A stretch of DNA of 64,000 nt from Octopus vulgaris (taxonomy: Eukaryota): positions 141,050,001 to 141,114,000 of the forward strand of contig OX597817.1 in NCBI GenBank assembly GCA_951406725.2, written 5' to 3'. Position numbers and translations under genes: made by a program. The notes beneath the pieces are model-generated. The model saw only the letters and a program-made list of their open reading frames with translations, was not told the origin of the DNA and ran no database searches. How positions within the stretch are numbered: position 1 is the first letter of the stretch; each line of letters begins with the position of its first letter. This document shows positions 26,721 to 40,074 of this stretch, in pieces.

Positions 26721-28550
26721 CCAAAGTAAAATCAAGGCCAAAAAGGTGTGTCCTTTATGTTCACGCTTCTACACACACAATCTGTCCCTGACGAACCTCT
26801 CCTTCAATCCTCTCCTCCCAACATCTCCCCACCTATATTCACCAATCACTGTATTTCCCTCCCCTCTATTCCCACCCTCCATTCACCTCCTGCAAACTTA
26901 CTTTCTTTATTTTGGCACTCAGGCCACTTACACAGAGGGGGCACTACAAGGACAGACACGACACCACAGTGAGGACAATAAACATAAAACGAATGAGTAT
27001 GAATATTATATAATAATGAAAGATGAAATGGCTGCATGGGCCCCACTCCTCATGCAGTACCATTTGAACGTTTGTACACACCGTCTTGTCCCTCTATCTG
27101 TTGATTTTTTTTCTTTTCTTAATTATCGTTTTTTTTTCCCTCTTTAACACCTCATATACAGCTCCAGTTCTAACAGATCGATTACTGGTGGCAGCTCATT
27201 GAATCCACCAACGCTCCAGCCGGGTCAATTCTATTCCCGCAGATATCTCTAAGTTTCTTATAGGTTTCCCTATCGACCACAATGGCCTTCACACTCTCTG
27301 GGTACACATCTTTGGGCAACTTTACCCTTATGATGTGCTTGAACTTTACGATTTTTTCTCCACCTCCTTGTTCTTAGAATAGGTAACAAAATTTCATTAG
27401 TTCCTCCCTTCTCTAACTGGCACACAAAGTGTCTGTTGAATCCTTTCCTCACAATATATCCTCATAACACCCTCTCCCTCTATTCTAGTCCCTTCCATTT
27501 CCCACTTGCCATCATCATCATCATTTAACATTCGCTTTCTATGCTGGCATGGGTTGGACGGTTTGACTGAGGGCTGGCAAGCCAGAAGGTTGCACTAGGC
27601 CCCAATCTGATCTGGCAAAATTTCTACAGCTGGATGCCCTTCCTAATGCCAACCACTCAGAGAGTGTAGTGGGTGCTTTTCATGTGTCACTGGCATCAGG
27701 GCTAGTCAGGCAGTACTGGCATCGACCACGCTTGAATGGTGCTTTTACGTGCCAATATATGCATACAGACACATATATGCATACAGACAAAGGTGGTAAG
27801 CTGGCAGAAACCGTTAGCACACTGGGTGAAATGTTTATTGGTATTTCGTCTGTCTCTACATTCTGAGTTCAAATTCCACCGAGGTCGACTTTGCCTTTCA
27901 TCCTTTCAGGGGTCGATAAATTAAGTACCAGATACGCACTGGGGTCGATGTAATCGACTTAATCCCTTTGTCTGTCCTTGCTTGTCCCCTCTATGTTTAG
28001 CCCCTTGTGAGCAATAAAAAATAAAATATATATATATATATTTATATATATACATAAACACATATATATTAATGTACAATAATCCAGTAGTTTAAAATCC
28101 CCACTTACCACTACATGAAATATGAAATTACTTTGTATGCAAAAAATAATTAAGCATGGCTATATGATAGAAAGTTTGTTTCCGAACCACATGGCACCCT
28201 GGGCAAGTGCCTTCTACTATTGCTTCACGATGACCAAAGCCTTGTGAGTGGATTTGGTAGATAGAAAGTGAAAGAAGCCCATTTTATGCATGTGTGTGTG
28301 TAAGCGTGCACACATGTGTCTGTCTCCCACCTCTGCTTGGCAACTGGTGTCCGTGTATTTACATCCCCTTAATTTAGCAATTTGGCAAAAGGAGACTAAC
28401 AGAATAAGTCCCAGGCTTATAAAAAGAATAGTTAACGACTGGAGCTGATTCATTTGATTAAAATTTCTAAAGGCAGTGCCCCAGCATGGCTGCAGTCTAA
28501 CGACTGAAACAAATAAATGATAAAAGATTTGTGATAAAATAAGAAATAAC

Positions 28551-28621
28551 CTGCAATGACTTTTGTAGTTGTTCATTTTTCTGGCAACTTTCACCAACCA
28601 CAACAAACTTGATGACCAAAT
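28551..28621 (-). CDS. ECT2: ECT2-like coding exon 3 (DLVIKFVVVGESCQKNEQLQKSLQ)
   Basis: ttgtattttag| 71 nt |gttatt, phase 1 to 0. The peptide resembles the start of ECT2 BRCT0 (human, from memory: RVILVQEAGKQEELIKALK). Confidence 0.8.
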
Positions 28622-29309
28622 CTAAAATACAAGCAAATAAATATAGTTTTAGTATTAATTTCTACAAATAATTCCATATTTTGTTTTATAGAAATTTCAT
28701 AAGAGAAATCTCTCAAGTTTTTAGTATGACATCAGAGAAAAACAAACAATGAAGAAGGCAGTAACAGTAAGAACAAAATCAGAGAGCTTCTTTCAATGTG
28801 AAATGAGAAAAGTTAAATAACCTTTATATATTTTTTTATTACAATGCTACAAGTAAGCCACATCATCATCATTATCATTGTTTAACATCCGTTTTCCATG
28901 CTGGCATGGTTGGACAGTTTGACTGAAAACTGGTAAGACGGGGAGCTGCACCAGGTTCCAATCTAATTTGGCAAGGTTTCTACAGCTGGATGCCCTTCCT
29001 AATGCCAACCACTCCGAGAGTGTAGTGGGTGTTTCTTAGGTGCCACCAGCATAGGTGCCATTGATGTGACACCAGCATCAGCAATAACCATGATCTCACT
29101 TGGATTGACAGGTCTGCACAAGCACGGCATATCGCCAAAGGTCTGTCTCCTGCCATTGCCTCCGTGATGTCCAACACTCAAACCACTGCTTTTTATGTGC
29201 CACCGACACGGGTGCCAGTCAGACAGCACTGGCTTCGGTTACAACTACAATTTCACTTAGCTTGACGGGTCTTCTAAAACAGATTGTTTTACAAACAATT
29301 TTACTTTAA

Positions 29310-29528
29310 CCCTTTCGTTACCAACCCGGCTGAAACCGGCTCTGGCTCTGAGTACAAATGTCTTGTTTTCACAAGTTTTGAACTAAAATCTTCCCCCAAA
29401 CCTTAGTCACAATTTATGTTCCTAACACTAGCTGAATGATAACTAAGTTATTTTACTAAATTCTTTGTTATATTTAAAATTAATTGAAAGAAACAGAGCA
29501 TCTCAAAATAAATACAGTAACGAAAGGG
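29310..29528. mobile_element. piggyBac-type MITE (219 bp)
   Basis: TTAA|CCCTTTCGTTAC ... GTAACGAAAGGG|TTAG. Confidence 0.88.
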
Positions 29529-30344
29529 TTAGAATTTATAAACCAAAAGAGGCAAAAAATATTTTAAACCCTGCCTGCAGGGATGATAGTGTTCTTGCTG
29601 AGTGATCCTAGTTAATTCTCTTATAATGCACAGGAAGCCATTTTCATCACTGTAATCCTATTTCATAGTGGGTCTGCCCTTCTAAATTTAGGGTTTAAAC
29701 ATCTGATTCTCATTCTAAAATCAACATGGAGTGTTTATATTGAAAGAAACTTGCACTGCCAACAGTGCTCAATAGCATCTCTATAGTTTTGCTGCCTCAC
29801 AAAAACATTCTCACTAATTGATGAAGGTTATTACTACAACCCATTATTATTCAATGTAAAGTAGCAAGAAACTTGTTCTGGCTCCTTCTCTCACACTTTA
29901 ACCCCCTCCCTCCATAGTATAAAGCCACCTCCCTCTCTACTGTAGCTCAATTCAGGTGAAGAGGATCCCAAGTCTTGTGAGTTGCATGGTAACCTCATTA
30001 AGGCTAGTGCCAAAAAAAAAAAGGGGGGCCCAGTACACACTGTAATGTGGTTGGCTTTAGGAATGGCATTCAGTGATAGGAATCATGCTAAAGCAGATAT
30101 TGGAGTGCAGTGCAGTCTTTGGGCCAATGGGATTCTGTCAAACCATCCAACCCATGTCAGTATAGACCATGAATATTTCATGAGCATCATCATCATTGTT
30201 TAACGTCCGTTTTCCATGCTAGCATGGGTTGGACGGTTCGACCAGGGTCAGGGAAGCCAGGAGGCTGCACCAGGCTCCAGTCTGATCTGGCAGTGTTTCT
30301 ACAGCTGGATGCCCTTCCTAACGCCAACCACTCCATGAGTGTAG

Positions 30345-30970
30345 TGGGTGCTTTTTACATGCCACCAGCACAGGTGCCAGGGGAGGCTGGCAACGGCCAC
30401 GGTCAGTGGTGCTTTTTACATGTCACCGGCACGGAAGCCAGTCAAGGTGGCGCTGGCATCGACCACGTACGGATGGTGCTTTTCACATGCCACCGGCTCA
30501 GGTGCCAGGGGAGACTGGCAACGGCCACGATCGGTTGGTGCTTTTTACGTGCCACCGGCATGGAAGCCAGTCAAGGTGGTGCTTTTTACATGTCACCAGC
30601 ACAGGTGCCAGGGGAGGCTGGCAATGGCCACAATCGGTTGGTGGTTTTTACGTGCCATCAGCATGGAAGCTAGTCAAAGTGGAACTGGCATCGACAATGT
30701 ATGGATGGTGCTTTTTACGTGCCACCAGCACAGGTGCCACAGGAGGCTAGCAATGGCCACGATCAGTTGGTGGGTTTTATGTGCCACCAGCACAGAAGCC
30801 AGTCAAGGTGGCGCTGGCATCGACCACGTATGGATGGTGCTTTTTACGTGCCACCAGCACAAGTGCCAGGGGAGGCTGGGAATGGTCACGATCGTTGGTG
30901 GTTTTTACGTGCCACCGACACAGAAGCTAGTCAAGGCGGTGCTGGCATCAGCCACATACGGATGGTGCTG
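30345..30970 (-). repeat. Minisatellite of about 10 alternating ~60-bp units in an RTE 3' UTR
   Basis: ggtgctttttacgtgccacc recurs, followed alternately by caggtgccaggggaggctggc or ggaagccagtcaaggtggcgctggc. Confidence 0.9.
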
Positions 30971-31239
30971 ATGATGATGATAATGAGGCTGCACTATCAA
31001 CTTTTATCCGACACTCCTCAACTGTTAACTACATGCAAGTTTGTACAAGTGTATACATGAAGCAAAAAAGAAAAAAAAAAAAATGGTTGTCATTTCCTAA
31101 TAGCATCCAAAATATGTTAAAGAACAGATTATAAGATAAATCAAAAGAGGTGGTTGGGGTAAACATTCAATGGAAAGAATTTTCACACAAAATCAATTCC
31201 CGATTGACATCAAAATGTTATGGAAATCAGCAAATACAG

Positions 31240-32340
31240 AGGAGGCCATAGTAATTGGACAAATCTGACAACTTGTTTGATAAGGTTAAGATCACAGCTA
31301 ACCTTGAGAATGATCTTCGATCTATTGTTGAGTGGGGTAAGAAATGGCTTGTAATGTTCAATCCATCAAAAACTAAACTTCTTTCAATTAATCGTTTCAG
31401 ACACCCTTTCTTGTCATTGGTTTCGATGGATGGTATTGACTTACCTGAGAATCGTTCTCTTCATCTCCAGGAGTGACTTTCTGTAATGGGTTTTCTTGGA
31501 AGACTTACATTAAATCTATTTCCAAATCGGCTGCAATGAAGGTAGGCTCACTCCTTCATTCATGGAGTTATCTCACTCTTGAAACTATTCTTTATCTTTA
31601 TAAGTCCACCATTCGCCCCTGCATTGAGTACTGATGTCACATATGGGCAGGTGCTCCTGCGAATTGTTTGACTCTGTTGGACCGCATTCAATGCTGTATT
31701 TGTAAAGCTATTGGTCCTGATCTATCTTCTAAATTGGATTCACTCTCTCATTGTCATCATCTGGCTTCCTTGTCTCTCTTCTATAAGTATTTTCATGGAC
31801 ATCGTTCAGCTGAGCTCTCTTCTCTGGTTCACCTTTCAGAATTTATCAGCGATCAACTAGACTTGCATCCAGTTCTCATCAGTATACTGTGCAACCTCCT
31901 AAGTGTCGCAAAGCACTTTAAGGTACCAGTTTCTTCCCTCGCACCTCTGAACTTTGGAATTCCCTTCCAGTCTTGTTTTCCTCTTCAGTATGACCTCCAG
32001 TCTTTTAACCCTTTTGATACCAACCCGGCTGAAACCAGCTCTGGCTCTGAGTACAAATGTCTTGTTTTCATAAGTTTTGAATTAAAATCTTTCATCAAAC
32101 CTTAGCCACAATTTATGTTCCTAACAGTAGCTTAATGATAACTAAGTTATTTTACTAAACTCTTTGTTATATTTAAAGTAATTGAAAGAAACACAGAGCA
32201 TCTCAAAATAAATACAGTAACGAAAGGGTTAAGTCAACATCGTCACCTATTGACTTCTGTCTCGCGTCCATTTTATTCTAGCAGCTCTTACGTTTTCAGT
32301 GGTCTGAGGACACTGTAACGAGCGAATGCTCTAAGAAAAA
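31240..32340 (+). mobile_element. CR1/Jockey-like LINE 3' fragment
   Basis: DLRSIVEWGKKWLVMFNPSKTKLL, LYKSTIRPCIEY..HIWAGA, LLDRIQ and FFPRTSELWNSLP. It is interrupted by a TTAA MITE. Confidence 0.85.
32009..32228. mobile_element. piggyBac-type MITE, second copy of the same family
   Basis: TTAA|CCCTTTTGATAC ... GTAACGAAAGGG|TTAA, highly similar to 29310-29528. Confidence 0.9.
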
Positions 32341-32963
32341 ATAAATTAAGATGTCAAAACTTTTGCTGCATGTCACCTGATCATTAATACAGTTGCATTG
32401 TGCTGTGTAGTGAAACTATGTGAGTAACCAAGAGGCACTTATGCAATGAAAGTTCTGAGACCTCAAGAAATAAACAAAGTAAATAAAAAGATAAATCTAA
32501 GTTTGTTATGGGTGTTTATTAGTTCTTCCACGATGGAATTGCTTCAGTTTCAACAGACATCTTAGACAAAGTCACTTTCTCAAAAATATAACATTGAAAT
32601 ATTTAAGAGAGTTGCAGTTCGCTTGAAGCATTGTAGTACAGAAGTACAAAAAAAGGGAGCTTCTAACAATGCAAAAAGTTTTACAAAAACCCTTATATTT
32701 CAGGCACAAAGGGCTCTCCTCAGAAGGAAGCAGTCCAGAAAATATCAAGTTACATCAATTTTGCGGTTTCATTTTAAACTTTGCTGGTTTTGGTAAAGAA
32801 CATGAAAACAGTTGAAGGGAGATAAATCCACTTGTCACATTATTTCAATAATTTTACCCAGGCCTACAATATGATTATGGTATAACTAGTAAAACTAGTA
32901 AAAAATCAATAGGACAAACAAAACTATAGGTATGTTTTTTTTAGAATATACATACATACATTA

Positions 32964-32999
<36 letters not shown>

Positions 33000-33459
33000 T
33001 TAAGCAAAATTTAGATTCAGATGAATATGGTACTTAAGAATTTTGTATGGTATTATCCATATAAATCCATGGGGTGATTATAATCAAAATAAGCAACAAG
33101 TATATCCGAGATAATGTGGTACGATCGTTTCATGCTACTATATATATATATCATTCTCTCTCAATAAAGAATATTCTTACAATGATTAGCATCCATCTGA
33201 TAGTGTTTCTGCTGTTGATGATGACTACAGTTGAACAGTACTTATATTCACTGCCTAAAAAAAATATTACTCCCATCAATTTTTCTTTGACAAAAATATC
33301 AATCTTAAAATCACAACCAGCATGAGCTCAAAGACCTTAGGCAAGGTACTCTGGTAATTTTGAGGTGAAATCTCAGCCATCATTGAGTATCATGATGTAA
33401 ATTTATACTATTAAAGTTTACATTTTACAACATTGCTTAACATCCATGTGTACAGGCAA

Positions 33460-34888
33460 GCATTTAAAAGGACTCAGTTCTTAATCCCCTCCTATTCATC
33501 ATTGTTTTTCCAGGCCATAACAGAAGAATTCAAGACTGTCCACCTCTGTTGATGATCCTTTTGCATCCTTCAAAACTTCCATGCTTCCTGAGATTCGCCA
33601 ACGCTACACCTGATTTTCTCCCCTCCATACACACGCAAGCATATCTGACTCATACACTGTTTGCTTTCCAGACATTTGTACATTACTGCATATGCTTTAT
33701 ACGCACTTTTGACAATTTGTGGTGCACCTGAGCACTGTATACAATAATTTTGTTATTATTATATATCTTGCTCTCATAGCAGAATCTTAAGAGAATTAGA
33801 AAAAGTGGAAGCAAAACCTGGAATTGAAGGGTCTTAAATTTAGTAAAGACCAAGGTTCTAGTAAGCAGGAAAACATACAGGACTCTATCTACATCAGGTA
33901 AATTGCATTGCTTGATATGTAGGAAAGGTGTGGACAGGAATTCTATGGAGTGTACCCAATGCAGGTTATGGATACACAAGAGCAGAAGTGGAATCACAGA
34001 ATAAGGCAATGTTTGAATGTGTAAGATTCTCAGGGACCAGAAAGATTAAGAATACACAAGAAATTGGTTCCCTCAAATGTTCAAGGGGCTCCCTAGAAGT
34101 AGTAAATAGTATGTTACTTTGGCCAGTGCTACTCAAAGTGGTGGTTCACGAGCCATCAGCTGTCGGTACGCAGCAAGTTTCCAGAAAAGAAAGAAACATT
34201 ATAAAATGCTTATGTAATATTGCATTATTTGTGCACAAAATAAATATAAGATAAAACAAAAATTTGTCAACTTTTATTATATTCATTATATATCATCCGC
34301 TTTCCATGCTAGCATGGGTTGGACGATTTTGACTGAGGGCTGGCGAACCAGATGGCTGCACCAGGCTCCAGGCTTGATCTGGTAGTTTCTACAGCTGGAT
34401 GCCCTTCCTAACGCCAACCACTCCAAGAGTGTAGTGGGTGCTTTTTACGTGCCACAGGCACAGGGGCCAGTCATGTGGTACTGGCAATGACCTCGCTCGA
34501 ATCTTTTTACACGTGCCACCGGCACAGGTGCCAGTGAAGCGACATTAGTAACGATCACGCTCGAATGGTGCCCTTTTACGTGCCACGGGTACGGAAGCCA
34601 GTTGGCTGCTCTGGCAATGATCACACTCGGATGGTGCTCTTGGCACCCTACTAGGACAGGCACAAGTGCCAGTAAGGCGACGCTGGTAACGATCATACTC
34701 GAATGGTGCCCTTTTATGTGCCACTGGCACAGAAGCCAGTTAGTTTCCAGTATAAATTAATATTACTTAGAAATATTACCAGTCTCTGGCACATTGGGGA
34801 AAAAACTGCTGGTATGTCACATCAGATAGCTTGAGAAGCACTGACCTAGGCAACCTAATTAGCAGTGGCGGAGAATGTTCAACTATCT
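33460..34888 (+). mobile_element. Old RTE fragment hosting nested insertions
   Basis: CLICRKGVDRNSMECTQC and LEVVNS, resuming after the hAT MITE as LGNLISSGGECS. Confidence 0.75.
34124..34843. mobile_element. hAT-type MITE containing an RTE 3'-end insertion
   Basis: TIRs CAGTGCTACTCAA / TTGAGAAGCACTG, with a degenerate 8-bp TSD actttggc / acctaggc. Confidence 0.8.
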
Positions 34889-35267
34889 TTAACCCATTAT
34901 CTCCCACTGCCCTATATATAGGACAGTAAACAAACAATTTAATTCTAAAAATTATATGACAAAAAAATGTATTTTCAATATAAACACAGCAGAAAAGAAA
35001 TTCTAAACTTTTTACAAGTGTATCAGATATATTTGTAATGCATTGAGAAACATGAGAAAACCTACTGGGAAAATGGCAGAAATAATGCGTGCTCGGTGAC
35101 CTGTGAATATTAACTCACAGTGTTAAGCTGAATGATTGTTATGTTTATTTGACAAAGAAACACTGTTTATAAAGAGTTATTTTACAATACTTAGGATATA
35201 GTTTGTTCACAAATACCCTTTTTATGCATATGACTTTGAATTTTACTGCCCTATATATATATAAATA

Positions 35268-35580
35268 TGGAGGTGCAATGGCTCAATGGTTAGGGCAGCA
35301 GACTTGTGGTCATAGGATCGCAGTTTCGATTCCCAGACCAGGCGTTGTGAGTGTTTATTGAGCGAAAACACCTAAAAACCTCCACGAGGCACCAGCAGTG
35401 GGTGGTGGCGATCCCTGCTGTACTCTTTTGCTACAACTTTCTCTCACTCTTTCTTCTGTTGGCCTGCTCACTTAGCCAGCGGGATGGCATCATTTGAAGG
35501 TTAAAAACAATGCGAAGTGCATTGTAAACCAGTGATGTGTAGCAACATCTGATAGCCTGGCTGGTCACCTGATCACGTGA
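35268..35580 (+). mobile_element. tRNA-headed SINE, family A, inside the piggyBac
   Basis: Same head as 409-600 with a different 3' part. Confidence 0.75.
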
Positions 35581-36115
35581 TATATATAAATATTAGAGGG
35601 AATTTTTTTAACCACTATGTGGAAACCCTTATGCTAGAAAAAGATCCTCTATGGTCTTAACCACTAAGAATTGTTCTCCACATAATTCCCTCTTATAATT
35701 TATGTATGAAATACTATTTACTGAATCTCAGTTTTTTTATATGCTAGACCACTGGTGTTAAAATTGATGTTATCAAATTAATATCCAATTTTTTCACCCT
35801 CATTTTGATTTTAATTATATATATATATATATAGAACACTGGGTCAATGTGTACATAACTGAACTAGTCTGTGCATTTGTTTCATGTTTGAGACATGTAT
35901 CAACATGTTGTTTGGACGCATTGTGACATGAATGGAGAATATTGATGGCGCAGGCAGAGGTGACTATACTTTCAGTAGTTTTTCAAGTGTCACAGGGTGA
36001 AGACTGAAGACAGTGCAGATAAATATCTTATCAAGGTAATTCGTTTCACTTTATAGGAATGTTGTGCATTTTATATTTGCTGATAGAGTGCATGAAGTAT
36101 GTTAGATGTACTTGT

Positions 36116-37059
36116 CGTCATCATCATCATCGTTTAACGTCTGCTTTCCATGCTAGCATGGATTGGACGATTTTGATTGAGGGCTGGCGAACCAGATGGC
36201 TGCACCTGGCTCCAGTCTTGATCTGGCAGAGTTTCTACAGCTGGATGCCCTTCCTAATGCCAACCACTCCAAGAGTGTAGTTGGTGCTTCTATGTGCCAC
36301 CGGCACGGGGGCCAGTAAGGCGGTACTGGCAATGACCTCGCTCGAATGTTTTTATACATGCCACTGGCACAAATGCCGGTACGGCAACGCTGGTAACAAT
36401 CATGCTCGAATGGTGCCTTTTTACATGTCACCGGCACGGAAGCTAGTTAGCCGCTCTGGCAACGATCACGCTTGGATGGTGCTCTTAGCATCCTAGCATG
36501 GGGCACAAGTGCCCGTAAGGCGACGTTGGTAATGATTGTACTCTAATGGTGCCTTTTATGTGCCACTAGCACGGAAGCCAGTTTGCCACTCTGTCAACGA
36601 TCACACTCATATGGTGCTCTTTGCACCCTGCTAGCACGGATGCCAGTCATCGAATTTGATTTCAATTTCACTTGCCTCAACAGGTCTTCGCAAGCAGAGT
36701 TTAGTGTCCAAAGAAGGAAAAGGTACGCATAAGTGGGCTGGTTACACTCCTGGCATAGGCCACGAGGTTATGGTCTCATTTGGCTTGCCAGGTCTTCTAG
36801 TCATTTCCTTGGTGAGGCGTAAACTTCGAAGGTCGTGCTTCACCACTTCATCCCAGGTCTTCCTGGGTCTACCTCTTCCACAGGTTCCCTCAACCGCTAG
36901 GGTGTGGCTCTTTTTCACACAGCTATCCTCATCCATTCTTGCCACATGTCCATACCAGTGCAATCGTCTCTCTTGCACACCACATCTGATGCTTCTTAGG
37001 TCCAACTTTTCTCTCAAGGTACTGACACTCTGTCCAGTATGCACACTGACATTACACAC
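36116..37059 (-). mobile_element. RTE LINE 3' end inserted in the piggyBac
   Basis: RRLHWYGHVARMDEDSCVKK and GRGRPRKTW, then a minisatellite UTR and GAT tail. It fuses artificially with piggyBac sequence in ORF 36656-37387. Confidence 0.92.
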
Positions 37060-37921
37060 AATAATCACTCCAGAAATATATGACCACATCATAAAGGAAA
37101 GTGTGCGGTATTCTGCAACAAGTAAAAATAATGTTAACACACTACCAGTAGACGAACTCAAGGCATTTATTGGTATTCTCATGTTGTCCAGTTACCACAA
37201 GTTGCCATCCACTAGACAATACTGGTCGAATGAAGAGGATTTGGATGTGTCCCTGATCAAAAAAACTATGACAAGGAATAGTTTTCAGAATCTGGAAAGC
37301 ATAATTCATTTCTGTAATAATGAAAACTGGGAGGAAAATAAAACTGATAAAGGTTTCAAAATTCGCCCTCTAATTCAAATGATCTAAAACTCTTTTTAAA
37401 AATATAAGATTTTTAAAAAGATCTTTTGGTTGATGAAATGATAAGTACTACAGACACAATTCACTGAAACAATTTGTTAAAGGTAAACCCATTAAATTTG
37501 GCTACAAGTTTTGGGCCTTGTGGGCATGTCTGGATATTGTTATAACTCTGAACTATATTGCGGTAAAAATGAAAAAGGAAGTCAAAATGATGATCTCTCT
37601 TGGAAGCAGAGTTGTTCATCAAATGCTTGAAGTGGCAGAAGATCCTCTCTCACACTGTGTATTTTTTGACAATTTATTTACAAGTTATGATTTGCTGGTT
37701 CACCTGTTGGAGAAAGGATTCCAAGCAATAGGCACAATGAGAGAAAATTGACTAAAGAAATGTCCATTGAAAGATTCAAAATTTATGAAAAAAGAAAAAA
37801 GAGGACCTTAGGATTACAGATTTGATGTGACCAATGAAATACTTATAGTCAAGTGGCTTGACAATAAATGTGTGTCAATTGGTACAAACTTTGATGCAAC
37901 TGCCCAACTAGTAATGTACTT

Positions 37922-38350
37922 GTGCAGTTCAGAACCAGTCTGGAGAAAAAAGCCAGAGTATACAAATTGAGAGGCGGTTGGATGGAACATACACTCGCCT
38001 CCTTTATGAGAGCTCAAAATCTCTCGTGGAAGCATCATCCAACCAAAATGTAAATATATGGGAAATTACCACCTGTATCATCTCTTGTGAAAGGTAGAAG
38101 AGTCCAGTTTGCTGGACATTGTTGTAGAGCTGAAAACGAGGTAATTTCTACTCTTCTCCTCTGGAAGCCATCTGCTCACGATACCAGAGGGCGCACACTC
38201 TCCTACCCTGATGTAATCTCCAGGGATACAGGCATCCAGCAACAGGACCTCCGTAATACTATGATGGACCGTGAAGTCTGGCGTAACATAGTAAATTCCA
38301 TTGTCTCGACCACGGTCGAACAATGATGAAATGATGATGATGATGATGAT
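37922..38350 (+). mobile_element. 5'-truncated RTE-like LINE of a second family, with an 11-bp TSD
   Basis: RRVQFAGHCCR and MMDREVWR, a (GAT)n tail, and the direct repeat gtaatgtactt at 37911-37921 and 38351-38361. Confidence 0.88.
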
Positions 38351-40074
38351 GTAATGTACTTCACTGGAAAAGGCATGAAAAGAACTACAGGTAATGTTTC
38401 TCAACCTCCCATTTTGACTACATATAACAATTGCATGGGAGGTGTCGATAAACATGACTGGCTTGTGTCGAAATACGCAATTTCTATTAGAGGTAAAAAG
38501 TGGTGTTGACCACTATTTACACGACTTCTTGACATGGCCGTCGTGAATGCGTGGACGATTTACAATTTAGTTCATGATGGAAAGGGTGAAATATCAACGT
38601 TACTCAACTTTAAGAGATATATTTGTCTTGCATATCTGAAAGGTTCAACAAAAAAACAAACTAAAGGCATGACATCTTCCGTCTCTAAGCCAATAAACAG
38701 CGTGAGATATGAAAGCAAAGGACATGTAATTGCACAGCGAGAGCAGCAAAGGCAGTGTTAACATAAGGACTGCCAAAGCCAAGCCCCTCACTTACTGTCC
38801 GAAATGCATTGTCACCTTTTGCGTGGATTGTTTTAGTTCTCATCATTCAAAATAAAAAGTACTATTGAGGTTTGGAGAGCAAATTTTCAAGAACGGATAT
38901 TTACATTGATTTTCATAATTTCATTTACGTTTTTATCAATTATCAAACAATAGACATGGTATTTTGTTTTTGGATTTGGTTTGCAAGATTCTTTATATGA
39001 GTTTGTAATTATTGAAAAGGTTGCAAGATGCAACGAAAATTTTAGGAAAATAAAAATAAGAAAAATGTGGAAATTTTACCAGTGAGTGTGTTATATTATA
39101 AGGCACAAAAAGAAAATGATTCTCCCCAGACACAACAAGACATGGTAATTTTTTTCATAAATTAGCCTAATAAAGCTTTATACATAACTTTTCATCAACA
39201 TATATACTCACATTTAGCATCATTAAGTTTATTTCAAATAAATAATATACATATTGTTCTTTAGCTATAAATATATAGCATCAGTGCCCAGTGTCCTATA
39301 AATAGAACAAGCTATATATTCACTAATGAATAAAGGAAACGAGTTTTACCTACAAATATTTTCATTTTAAACTATTTTAAGTCTGATGTGTGAATTTGAA
39401 AGTGATACTTCAGAAATTAGACACCATGGGACTTAATGGGTTAATAATCACCTCCTTTCTGTGCTTTCAAACACTGCTTTCTCCACTCCACTATACTCCA
39501 TTCTTAAAATCTCATTTATCTGCTACCGTTCTCAATGCCCTCTCATATCTACCATCATGTCCCAACTTATTATGACCCCGCTTATGTACCTCTATATCTC
39601 CCCTTCTCCACTGCTCTTACACCTTGCAAATCATCCCATTACTTTCTCATCCATCCCACTACTTTCTCATCCATTCCCCTTCCTGAGTCACTTCTATAAC
39701 CCTAACCCCACTTCTACTGGTATTTCCCTTGTGTATGTGGGTATATTTGTGTGAATGTGATTTGTAATTTCGGGGTGGTGTGTGTTGGTGTGTGCATGTC
39801 CGTGTTTACATATGTGTATATGTATGTGTAAGTGTTGGTTATGGTTGCTAGAATCATATTACAAGTGTATATATGTATGTGTTTTTTCTTGGAATGTGTG
39901 TGGGTTTGTGCTCTTGTGAGGATATTGTGTTTGTGCATGTGTGTATTTGTGTCGGAGGTTGGCATTGTTTTTGTGTGTGTGATTTTGTATATCTGTATGT
40001 GTGTTTGTTTTGGATGTGTACCTGGGGGGTATGTTATAGTATGTTGAGTTGTGGTCTGTATTTTTGAATAAGAT

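Larger units (their letters stand above)
34893..39440 (+). mobile_element. piggyBac DNA transposon with both ends, a decayed transposase and nested insertions
   Basis: TTAA|CCCATTATCTCCCA ... TGGGACTTAATGGG|TTAA. Transposase remnants: ELKAFIGILMLSSYHKLPSTRQYWS, VDEM, KGKPIKFGYKFWAL, VFFDNLFTS, YNNCMGGVDKHD and a Cys-rich end at about 38750-38840. Confidence 0.93.

Noticed and set aside
28217-28606. 129-aa minus-strand ORF as a gene
   Set aside because: It overlaps ECT2 exon 3 in the wrong frame and runs on into antisense SINE B sequence.
30224-31060. Overlapping repeat-protein-like ORFs (also 43219-43975)
   Set aside because: They are open in several frames because of the GC-rich minisatellite, with no splice or domain evidence.
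36656-37387. 243-aa ORF suggesting a novel fusion protein
   Set aside because: It is chance read-through from antisense RTE sequence into the piggyBac transposase at the insertion junction.
34893-39440. Domesticated PGBD gene or exon trap in the ECT2 intron
   Set aside because: The transposase has many stops, frameshifts and insertions, and is antisense to the host gene.
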